From positions 10,821 through 74,820 of the forward strand of contig CAZUPI010000004.1 in the NCBI GenBank assembly GCA_964621755.1: DNA of 64,000 nucleotides, given 5' to 3'. Below are positions 28,598-36,720 of this stretch, one piece after another. Under the pieces are notes generated by a model. That model saw nothing but the letters and a program-made list of their open reading frames with translations, was not told where the DNA came from and searched no databases. The position numbers were made by a program, and so were the translations under genes. The DNA comes from an uncultured Ruminococcus sp. GTDB lineage: Bacteria; Bacillota; Clostridia; Oscillospirales; CAG-272. Numbering within the stretch: the first letter of the stretch is position 1; every line of letters starts with the position of its first letter.

Positions 28598-30733
28598 ATG
28601 AAATCAAAATGGAAGTTGTTGTTGGCGGCTTTGCTGTTGCCTGTGCTTGCGGCATGCGGCACAGTTGAGCGGTCGGACAACGTTGCGCCTACGCTGGAGG
28701 AGCGGATTGATGCGGAAGAATATATTTCGCCATCGTCCGTTTTTGTGGCGGAGGACGGATTTATTTATGCTGCGGATGAGACTGGCGGGCGGGTATTGAA
28801 GCTGAATCCGGACGGCAGTATTGCGGCGCAGGCTGTGCTTGAAGGCGGCGCGCACTGTATCAGGGTATACGGTGATTCGGTTTACGTCGCGCGGGGAGAG
28901 CTTGACGGGACGTTGGCGGTACTCGATGAAGATTTGCGGTTAACCGGAGAATACATAGTTGGACACACGCCGACGGATATCGAGTTTTCGGAAAGCAGAA
29001 TTTATGTTACGAACCGGTTTTCGAATACGGTTTCGGTAATTGATACGGAGTCGGGAGACATTAGAGAAATCCCTGTTGGGCGGGAGCCCATGGCGGCGGC
29101 GATTGCGAACAACAAGCTGTATGTTGCGTGCCATCTGCCCGATGATGCTGCAAACGCGGATGTTGTCAGTGCGTCGGTTTATGTTATCGATATGGCGACG
29201 GAGGCGGTGCGCACGATTGAGCTTGTCAACGGGACGGGCGGCGTGAAGGATATCGAGGCTGCGCCTGACGGAACAAGACTCTTTGTGTCCGCCGTGATTG
29301 CGCGGTATCAATATCCTACGACCCAGCTTGACGGTGCGTGGATCAACTCGAACGGATTTGCCATCATTGATGCGGAGACTGACGAGTATGTGAACACGAT
29401 TCTTCTCGATGATGTGACGCTCGGGGCGGCGTCCCCGTGGGGCATTGCTTTCGGAGGGGGAAATGTGTACTTTGCGGCGTCGGGGACAAGTGAAATCATC
29501 AGCTTTCCGCTCGACCGGCTGGATTCGCTGCTTGGCTCTGCGGCCTACCGCGGACGGGAGCTTGCGGACGAAATCGGCATTTTGAACAGCATCCGCACCC
29601 GGACCGAGATGCCGGGCGAGGGGGTACGGGATATCATGTATGCGGAGGGCAAGCTCTACTGCACGGAGTACTTCACCGGTGACCTTGCGGTGCTTGATAC
29701 TTCCGATATGACCATTGCCACCTTATCCCTTGGAGAGCAGCCGGAAGCAGATATTGTGCGCCTTGGTGAGACGTTGTGGTATGACGCGACGAAATGCTAT
29801 CAGCAATGGGAGGCTTGTGCGTCCTGCCATCCCGACGGACGTGTGGACGGCTTCAACTGGGACAACCTGAACGATGGCCTCGGTAATCCGAAATCTGCGA
29901 CCTCCATGATGTATACGCACCGCTGTCCGCCGGTTATGACGACGGGCATTCGCGCCAACGCGGAAACTGCGGTCCGTGCCGGCATGAAGTATATTCAGTT
30001 CAACACCATTGACGAGGAGTCCAACTGTGCGATTGATGAATATTTGAAATCCCTTCTTCCGGTCGACTCACCAGCGCTGAACCTCGATGGGACCCTCAGC
30101 GAGGCGGCAGCGGAAGGAAAACTGCTGTTCACGGAATATGGCTGTGTGACTTGTCATCCCGCACCCTTGTACACGGACCTTGAGTATCACACCTCTCCGA
30201 TTCTGGGGGAGGATGGCGGATGGGAAAACCGCGATTTTGTAACGCCGACCCTCGTCGAAGTTTGGAGAAGCGCGCCGTACATGTACAACGGCTCGGCTCT
30301 TACTCTTGAGGATGCGGTGAGACATTTTGTCCCCGAAGGAACTTCGGAGGAGAAGATTGAGAAGCTGGCCGAGTTCGTCCGTTCTATCGGCAGTTCCGGT
30401 GAGATTTACGGGGTCGAGCAGCTTTATTCCGTAGGCGCGGACGGAGGCGAAGTGCAGGGAAGACCTGTGGAATATACGCGTATCAGCGGATTTACCGTTC
30501 GCTGTCAGAGTGAGGATGCGCCCGCGTGCAAAGCAATTCTGACGCTGACGGGAGATGACGGGCAAGTTTCCTATGAGACCAATATCGGAACTGTGCCGTA
30601 CAATACGGCGGTGCGTGTGACCGTTGACGTGGACTTGTATGCACAGCCTGGCGGCGAGGTCCGCCTTGCGCTGGTCGACAAAAAGGGCAATCCGCTGGCG
30701 TCCGAGTACGTTCTGACAGTCAAGGAAAGCTGA
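28598..30733 (+). CDS. lipoprotein: YVTN-type beta-propeller fused to di-haem cytochrome c peroxidase (CCP/MauG)-like domain
   Basis: AGGAGA RBS. Lipobox LLPVLAACG. Propeller repeats include IYVTNRFSNTVSVIDTESG, KLYVACH and RLFVSAV. Two haem-c motifs are present, CASCH and CVTCH. The CCP-like block reads FVTPTLVEVWRSAPYMYNGSALTLEDAVRHF. Confidence 0.75.
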   Translation: MKSKWKLLLAALLLPVLAACGTVERSDNVAPTLEERIDAEEYISPSSVFVAEDGFIYAADETGGRVLKLNPDGSIAAQAVLEGGAHCIRVYGDSVYVARGELDGTLAVLDEDLRLTGEYIVGHTPTDIEFSESRIYVTNRFSNTVSVIDTESGDIREIPVGREPMAAAIANNKLYVACHLPDDAANADVVSASVYVIDMATEAVRTIELVNGTGGVKDIEAAPDGTRLFVSAVIARYQYPTTQLDGAWINSNGFAIIDAETDEYVNTILLDDVTLGAASPWGIAFGGGNVYFAASGTSEIISFPLDRLDSLLGSAAYRGRELADEIGILNSIRTRTEMPGEGVRDIMYAEGKLYCTEYFTGDLAVLDTSDMTIATLSLGEQPEADIVRLGETLWYDATKCYQQWEACASCHPDGRVDGFNWDNLNDGLGNPKSATSMMYTHRCPPVMTTGIRANAETAVRAGMKYIQFNTIDEESNCAIDEYLKSLLPVDSPALNLDGTLSEAAAEGKLLFTEYGCVTCHPAPLYTDLEYHTSPILGEDGGWENRDFVTPTLVEVWRSAPYMYNGSALTLEDAVRHFVPEGTSEEKIEKLAEFVRSIGSSGEIYGVEQLYSVGADGGEVQGRPVEYTRISGFTVRCQSEDAPACKAILTLTGDDGQVSYETNIGTVPYNTAVRVTVDVDLYAQPGGEVRLALVDKKGNPLASEYVLTVKES

Positions 30734-30749
30734 GGAGGGATTCTATATT

Positions 30750-33700
30750 ATGAAGAAAACGATTCAAATTCTGTCCCTTATCCTAACGCTTGCGATGCTC
30801 TGCAGCGCGGTGGTGATTTTTGCGGCAGGTGACAAGCTGTCCTTCTCTTTGTCGAGCGAAGCGGTGCTGGTGAACACCTATGAAGCCGGCGAGAATGCCG
30901 ATGTGATTGGCAGGCTGTATGAGGAAACGCCGTATTATATTGTGGTTCGGCACCGGCAGCTCGGCGCGTCGCATTACGCTTATACAGAAGCGCTCGCGGA
31001 AGACCTCGGTCAGGACAACGCGGACCCGGAGGGCGGGGAAGCGGTCTTCAATCCCGGATCGGAGCTTGTGCTTGTGACAATTGTGAAGGACGGCGACACG
31101 TACTCCACTTATGAAGACGTGCTTCTGTCCTCGAAAAAAGGCGTCATCCGCGACCCGGATGTGTCTGCGGACGGGACCAAAGTCCTGTTTTCGTGGAAGC
31201 AGCAGAGCACGGACGACTATCATCTCTACGAAATGACCCTTCAGAACCGGGAAATCAGGCAGCTCACTTTCGGCTCCGGCGTCGCCGATACCGAAGGAAA
31301 ATACCTGTCGGACGGCTCGATTATTTTCAGCTCCTCAAGGGATATCCAGACTGTGGACTGCTGGATAACTCCCGTATCGAACCTATATAAGTGCAGTGCA
31401 GACGGAACGGATATCATCCGGCTCGGCTACGACCAGGTCCACACCTCTTACCCGACCGTGACCTCGGACGGGCGAATCATCTACACCAGATGGGACTACA
31501 ACGACCGCACGCAGATGTGGATTCAGTCGGTATTCCAGATGTTCGAGGACGGCACCAACCAGACCGAGCTGTATGGCAACAATTCGGATTTCCCGACGTC
31601 TCTTCTGCACACGCGCGAGGTGCCGGGGCATCCGGGACTGTATCTTTCTATCGCCTCCGGACATCACGTTTATCAACACGGCAAACTGGTGCTGATAGAC
31701 ACGTCGGTCGACAGAAACAGCAGCGACGCGGTGGAATTTGTTTTCAGCGACGGCACCCGGAAGGAAAATAGCGTCGACACCTTCGGGCAGTCCGGCAGGC
31801 AGTACAAATACCCTTACGCGTTTTCGGACGACTTGTTCCTCTACTCGGCAGTGGACAATTACACCGGTGTGAGTGCGGAATTTTCCATTTATGCTTATGA
31901 CAGAACGACTGATACGGAGGTTGAGCTGGTGACGGGCACAAAGGGAATCGGCGCATCGCAGATTGTTCCGGTCTACACCCGCGACCTGTTCACCCGCCCC
32001 AGCATGGTCAACTATGCTTCGGAAACCGGAACGTTCTACGTATCAAACGTGTATGAAGGGGAGGCAATGGAGGGCGTTGAAGTCGGCTCCGTGCAGTATT
32101 TGCGGGTTGTTGAGCTGGAATTCCGCTCCTCCGCAATAGGGGCTACGGTCGCAGTTGGCTCGGGCTCCGCTGACCCGTTTTCCCCTATTGCAACGGGAAA
32201 TGGCTCGTGGGACGTCAAAACCGTGCTTGGCGTGGCGCCGGTTGAGGAAGACGGGAGCGCGCTGTTCAAAGCGCCCGCGAATACGCCGCTGTTCTTCCAG
32301 CTGCTCGACGAAAACGGATGCGTCGTTCAAACCATGCGTTCTTGGACGACTCTCATGCCAAACGAGACCTTCTCCTGTGTGGGCTGCCATGAGGATAAAA
32401 ACATCGCTCCCACGGTCAGCGGGACGGTCACCATGGCTATGAAAAAGGGTGTGGTTGAAATCGAACCGGACCTGTGGATGACCGACGAAACGTATGACCC
32501 GTATACGGACGCGGTGGGCTTCTCGTTCCTTGAGGAAGTGCAGCCGATACTGGATAAGAACTGCATCGTCTGCCACTCCGACACCGACGAAGCCTACTCC
32601 CTGATAAGCGCACGCGCGGCAGCAGGATACGACACCACCCCCGCGGACGTTATTCTGGCCGAGGATGCAGTATGGCACTACACGACCACAGCACCAGCCG
32701 CCGACTGGCTGACCGACTTTACACCGGACTCTGCCTCACACGCGCCCTTTGCCGACGGCGAGACCGAGCCATACGAACACAATACCGTGTGGACCTCCGG
32801 GGAGCTTTGGGCGCGGACGACCTTCACCGGTACTGTTTACGACCTCAACAACTCCTCTCTGGCGTTCACGGGACAGCTTTGCGGCAAGGCGGAAATCTAC
32901 CTCAACGGCGCCCTTGTGGCGGAGGTTGAAAACAAGACGTCCGACGTCGTGAGTATTCCGGTGACTGGAGACATGCGAGAGGCATTCCTGTTTGGGGAAA
33001 ATACACTTGCGGTACACGTGACCGACGGCAAGTATTTTACCCTAGGTCTGACCTCTTTGGCGAGTGCAACAGGAGATCAGAAGTACTTTATCAGGCAGTA
33101 CGCATTGTGGGAATATATCAGAGCGAAGGATTTGTCCTATGCTCCCGACGGCTGGATCACGCTTGAAGATGATTCGACCAAATGGCAGACCGGACAGACC
33201 CCGTTCGGAGACCGCACCATTGACGGTATCGGCTATAAAACCGCATGGTCAGGGGCTGCCAACGCAATTTTCATCAGGCGCACGTTTACGGTAGACGATA
33301 TTGAAAAGTTCAAAAACTCGTCTCTTTGGACCAAAATCACGTATGACGACGGCATCAAGCTCTACATCAACGGCAAGCTGCTGTACGAAGACACGGGCTG
33401 GGTCGACAATTACGTCGAGATTGAGCTGTGTAAGGATGCGGCGGAATACCTCGTCGAGGGAGAGAACATCATTGCGATATCCCTCTGCAATACGGCGGGC
33501 GGACGACAGATAGACCTGTCCCTGTACGCATACGAAAGGGAACCGAATCAGGAGGAGGTCGAACCCCTTGACTCGTCCCGCGAATCGGCATTCTCGCTGG
33601 AAAACATCAACGTGGTCGGCTCGCGGCAGAAGAAATACTGGCCCCTGTCCTATCTTGTTCTCACCGGCTCTTATCCCAGCAGTACAAACTGGCTTGCGTC

Positions 33701-34826
33701 ACCGAACGGAGATTATGTGAATTTCCTGTCGTCGATGAGCGGCGCGGAAATCGTCGAGCCGTACTCCTTCGGTTCGTCAAAGAGCAGACTGATTGAGCTT
33801 TTGCGCAGCGGTCACGGAGACCTCACCGAAGAGGAAATCCGCACCATCGCATGTTGGATCGACCTTGTTGTCCCGGCGTACGGCGCATACGACGAGAACG
33901 TGACGTGGAGCGCCAACGACCAGCGCGAATTCGATGAAAAATCGAACAAGCGCGAATATTACGATAACCTGAATAAAGCGGTTATAGACGAAAAAGCAGG
34001 CGTGTATAACAGCGTCGGCGATGTGACGATTGAATTTTTGCGGACAAACGGTACTGTGGCGGCGACGGCGTCCGGTCAGGGCTTTGCGATACTGAACATC
34101 GACGGCACATACGTAGCAAAGGAGAGTGTGAGAATCACGCTTCCGGAGGGTGAAAAATACGTCGCGGTATGCTTGTCGTCCAAGCTGGGCGAGAGCATTG
34201 TATACTGTCCGGATGGGGTATTTGAATACAAATTCCCCACGCAGATGGGAAATATTTATCCGACCGCGCTGGATGATTCGAAGGATACCGTCTACATTGC
34301 CAACGTGATAAGCGCACGGATTCCGACGAAAGACGAGCTGACAGCGTCCCGCAACCTGGCAGAGAACGTGTACGACCTGAAGGATAACGCATCATCTTAT
34401 CCTCACGCGTCGACAAACAGCGTAGCAGACAGCGGCGCGGCGTACTACGAGGCGAGATGCGCCATCGACAGCTTCACAGCGAATACCGGGCATGGCACAT
34501 ATCCCGTTCAGTCATGGGGACCGGAAAAGGACACAATGGCAGACAACTGCCTTACCGTTGACTTTGGCCGGACGGTCAAGCTGGATGCGCTCGAAATCAT
34601 CATTCGCTGCGACTTCCCGCATGACACATGGTTCACTGGCGCCGACGTCACCTTCTCGGACGGGACAACGGAGCACATTGATCTATACAAAACGGAGTCC
34701 GCAATGGTCTTTAACCTGGGCGGCCGCGAAACCACGTCCATCAGGCTCTCCGGCTTCACCACCGCCGGTGATGCTTGGGCGGCAATCACCGAAATCCGTG
34801 CGATTGGGTCTGATATTGTAGAATAA
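30750..34826 (+). CDS. giant secreted multidomain protein: TolB/PD40-like propeller + di-haem (2x CxxCH) hydrazine-synthase-alpha-like region + tandem jelly-roll modules + discoidin (F5/8 type C)-like C-terminus
   Basis: 1358 aa with signal peptide MKKTIQILSLILTLAMLCSAVVIFAAG. PD40-like blocks: DPDVSADGTKVLFSW, YLSDGSIIFSSSR and TSDGRIIYTRWDYNDR. Haem motifs: MRSWTTLMPNETFSCVGCHEDKN and LDKNCIVCHSD. Two similar modules start at WHYTTTAP.. and WEYIRAKD... The C-terminal block reads NCLTVDFGRTVKLDALEIIIRCDF..ITEIRAIG. Confidence 0.7.
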   Translation: MKKTIQILSLILTLAMLCSAVVIFAAGDKLSFSLSSEAVLVNTYEAGENADVIGRLYEETPYYIVVRHRQLGASHYAYTEALAEDLGQDNADPEGGEAVFNPGSELVLVTIVKDGDTYSTYEDVLLSSKKGVIRDPDVSADGTKVLFSWKQQSTDDYHLYEMTLQNREIRQLTFGSGVADTEGKYLSDGSIIFSSSRDIQTVDCWITPVSNLYKCSADGTDIIRLGYDQVHTSYPTVTSDGRIIYTRWDYNDRTQMWIQSVFQMFEDGTNQTELYGNNSDFPTSLLHTREVPGHPGLYLSIASGHHVYQHGKLVLIDTSVDRNSSDAVEFVFSDGTRKENSVDTFGQSGRQYKYPYAFSDDLFLYSAVDNYTGVSAEFSIYAYDRTTDTEVELVTGTKGIGASQIVPVYTRDLFTRPSMVNYASETGTFYVSNVYEGEAMEGVEVGSVQYLRVVELEFRSSAIGATVAVGSGSADPFSPIATGNGSWDVKTVLGVAPVEEDGSALFKAPANTPLFFQLLDENGCVVQTMRSWTTLMPNETFSCVGCHEDKNIAPTVSGTVTMAMKKGVVEIEPDLWMTDETYDPYTDAVGFSFLEEVQPILDKNCIVCHSDTDEAYSLISARAAAGYDTTPADVILAEDAVWHYTTTAPAADWLTDFTPDSASHAPFADGETEPYEHNTVWTSGELWARTTFTGTVYDLNNSSLAFTGQLCGKAEIYLNGALVAEVENKTSDVVSIPVTGDMREAFLFGENTLAVHVTDGKYFTLGLTSLASATGDQKYFIRQYALWEYIRAKDLSYAPDGWITLEDDSTKWQTGQTPFGDRTIDGIGYKTAWSGAANAIFIRRTFTVDDIEKFKNSSLWTKITYDDGIKLYINGKLLYEDTGWVDNYVEIELCKDAAEYLVEGENIIAISLCNTAGGRQIDLSLYAYEREPNQEEVEPLDSSRESAFSLENINVVGSRQKKYWPLSYLVLTGSYPSSTNWLASPNGDYVNFLSSMSGAEIVEPYSFGSSKSRLIELLRSGHGDLTEEEIRTIACWIDLVVPAYGAYDENVTWSANDQREFDEKSNKREYYDNLNKAVIDEKAGVYNSVGDVTIEFLRTNGTVAATASGQGFAILNIDGTYVAKESVRITLPEGEKYVAVCLSSKLGESIVYCPDGVFEYKFPTQMGNIYPTALDDSKDTVYIANVISARIPTKDELTASRNLAENVYDLKDNASSYPHASTNSVADSGAAYYEARCAIDSFTANTGHGTYPVQSWGPEKDTMADNCLTVDFGRTVKLDALEIIIRCDFPHDTWFTGADVTFSDGTTEHIDLYKTESAMVFNLGGRETTSIRLSGFTTAGDAWAAITEIRAIGSDIVE

Positions 34827-34830
34827 TAAT

Positions 34831-34864
34831 ATAGGGGGAAACTTTTCGGAAAGTTTCCCCCTAT
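34831..34864. repeat. palindromic hairpin (family member R5)
   Basis: ATAGGGGGAAACTTT-TCGG-AAAGTTTCCCCCTAT, a perfect 15-bp stem, 5 nt after the stop at 34826. Confidence 0.8.
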
Positions 34865-34891
34865 ATTTTATTTTATTCATGTGAGTTGGCC

Positions 34892-34922
34892 GGGGAGATG
34901 CTTTTTGAAAAAAGCACCTCCC
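34892..34922. repeat. palindromic hairpin (family member R6)
   Basis: GGGGAGATGCTTTTTGAAAAAAGCACCTCCC. It is near-identical to R7 at 37844 and lies between two convergent genes. Confidence 0.7.
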
Positions 34923-35010
34923 GGACCCTTCCGCAAAAACTTTTAAACAAAGTACCCTGATTAAAATTTTAAAAAAGGGTTCGGGTAGAACATATCCCCT
35001 TCAAAAATGA

Positions 35011-36483
35011 TTATCCACCAATTCCCAGTGCTTCGATGGCCTTTTCAATTGTTTTTGAGAAGGAGCGCTCGTATCTGGCAGCGGCGGAGGCGTACTGGCC
35101 GTCTTTTAAGCCGGCGTTATATGCTACGATTGGGGAGCTTACGTTGAAGGCGTAGCTGAGGTCGTAGGCGCGTTTTGTAATGAGGTCTTTGAGGAGCGCG
35201 GCGCTTTCACGGTCGCGGGTACCTTTACCGATTACCGCTTTTTCGATGTAGACGTCGAGCACGTTGTCGTATGTGTCGGCTGCAAGAGCTTCGATGATGG
35301 TCGCCAGACGTTCATCGTTGTCGCAGTCAGAGGGGATGATGATGGTAAACGGATTCTGGATGTATACCATGCCGTCGGTGTTCTCGGCGAGTGACGGGTA
35401 TGCGATGATGCCGTAGTCATCCTCTTTGTCACGAAGGTTACGGAAGTCGCCCATCAGACGGCTGTAGAACAAAACGCTTCCTTCTTTGAAGAGGTTTCTG
35501 GTTTCATCATTTCGTCCGACCAGCGAGTAGTTTGTGTTATTGATGATTTTGTTCATCCAGTCGCCGACCGCCATGACGTTTTCGTCGGTAATATTCAAGA
35601 CATAGGTATTTGCAGACTCATCAAAGACTATCAGACGCAGGTTTGACGAGTACAGGCTCGGCAGGTATTCAAAATCACGGCCCGCCCAGCCGAAAATGTC
35701 GTGGGCTTCGTCCATCTTGCCGTCGCCGTTCTGGTCAACCGCAACTTGAGTCATCATGTTGTACATGGCGTCAAGCGTCCACTTTCCGGCGGTATACAGC
35801 TCGTACGGTGTGTCCGCAATGTTGTTGTCCTCAAGTAAGTCAGCGTTGTAGAAAAGGAGAGCCATTGATTCGTAGTGGTCGAAGCTGATGTCACAGTGTC
35901 CGTAATAGAGCTTGCCGTTGATGGTCAGAGTTTCCTGGGAACCCTTATCCCAATAGGGTTTTGTCAGATCAATCACCGGCATGTCAGAGATTGCCTTCAC
36001 GTAGTTCTGGGATATCAAATCCATACATTCCTGAAGGAGTGCGTAGCCAAATCCGACGTCCCCGGTTCCTGCTGTTACAGAATTTTTGATGAGGCTGACT
36101 GCACCGGTGGTGTTTTCTTCAATTACAACATTGAACTTGTCCATTACACGGACATTTCGGTCATAAATGGCGTCATTGAACGCGTCCCCTGTCAGCTCTT
36201 CCGTTGTGAAAGCGCTGAAATACTCCTCGCTGAGTCCGTTGTTTGCGATGTGCAGCGTCCAGCCGTCGTAGTCGACTGCGGCAATTTCATCTGCATAGTG
36301 GGTTTGACCGTCATCTTCCTCTGCAATTTGGGTCTCGGTGGATGCCGTATCATCGGCAGTGACGGTTGTCGGAACGCTCGTTTTATCTTCAGCGCTGTTT
36401 TCTGTGGAGTCTGAGCATGATGCCGTCATGAGCATGAGCAGAAGCGCTATAAAGATCGCTGTTCCCTTTTTGAAGCTATTCAT
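35011..36483 (-). CDS. extracellular solute-binding-protein-like lipoprotein (about 490 aa), orphan paralogue
   Basis: AGGAGAG RBS before ATG 36483. Lipobox LMLMTASCS. Distant paralogue of 25332..26840 (shared blocks DYDGW, IYDRNVRVMDKFNVVI, PYWDK). No transporter genes are adjacent. Confidence 0.65.
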   Translation of the reverse strand: MNSFKKGTAIFIALLLMLMTASCSDSTENSAEDKTSVPTTVTADDTASTETQIAEEDDGQTHYADEIAAVDYDGWTLHIANNGLSEEYFSAFTTEELTGDAFNDAIYDRNVRVMDKFNVVIEENTTGAVSLIKNSVTAGTGDVGFGYALLQECMDLISQNYVKAISDMPVIDLTKPYWDKGSQETLTINGKLYYGHCDISFDHYESMALLFYNADLLEDNNIADTPYELYTAGKWTLDAMYNMMTQVAVDQNGDGKMDEAHDIFGWAGRDFEYLPSLYSSNLRLIVFDESANTYVLNITDENVMAVGDWMNKIINNTNYSLVGRNDETRNLFKEGSVLFYSRLMGDFRNLRDKEDDYGIIAYPSLAENTDGMVYIQNPFTIIIPSDCDNDERLATIIEALAADTYDNVLDVYIEKAVIGKGTRDRESAALLKDLITKRAYDLSYAFNVSSPIVAYNAGLKDGQYASAAARYERSFSKTIEKAIEALGIGG

Positions 36484-36633
36484 TTTTCTCTCCTGTGTTT
36501 GACCTTTGTTGAAAGATGTCCTAAGTATACCATAATTCCGGAAAATATGCAATATTTTTTTAGAAATGCGACCAATTTACGCGTAAAATTTAAGTAAAGC
36601 TTAAGAAAAACGTACCTTATTTAAAAAAAATTC

Positions 36634-36662
36634 TTGACAAAAGAGGACGACTATGCTATAAA
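36634..36662 (+). promoter_or_regulatory. sigma-A type promoter with extended -10 (TTGACA-17-TGC-TATAAA)
   Basis: TTGACA at 36634-36639, a 17-nt spacer ending in TGC, and TATAAA at 36657-36662. The ORF-track start 36634 is this -35 box. Confidence 0.6.
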
Positions 36663-36720
36663 GGCTCAAAACACCGCACATTCTCTTATATTTATTTTAA
36701 TCCATAAAAGGAGGAGTAAA

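Noticed and set aside
32043-32678. 211-aa minus-strand ORF and other small ORFs inside 30750..34826
   Set aside because: They are antisense or out of frame within the 1358-aa gene, whose single long frame with signal peptide, CxxCH motifs and repeated domains is far more plausible.
26841-35010. Calling the cytochrome-c cluster a horizontally acquired genomic island
   Set aside because: No integrase, transposase, tRNA or direct repeats lie at its borders. Composition looks similar to the flanks by eye, though I could not compute it. Host-type repeat motifs occur inside and at both ends. Foreign origin therefore remains an open question, not a call.
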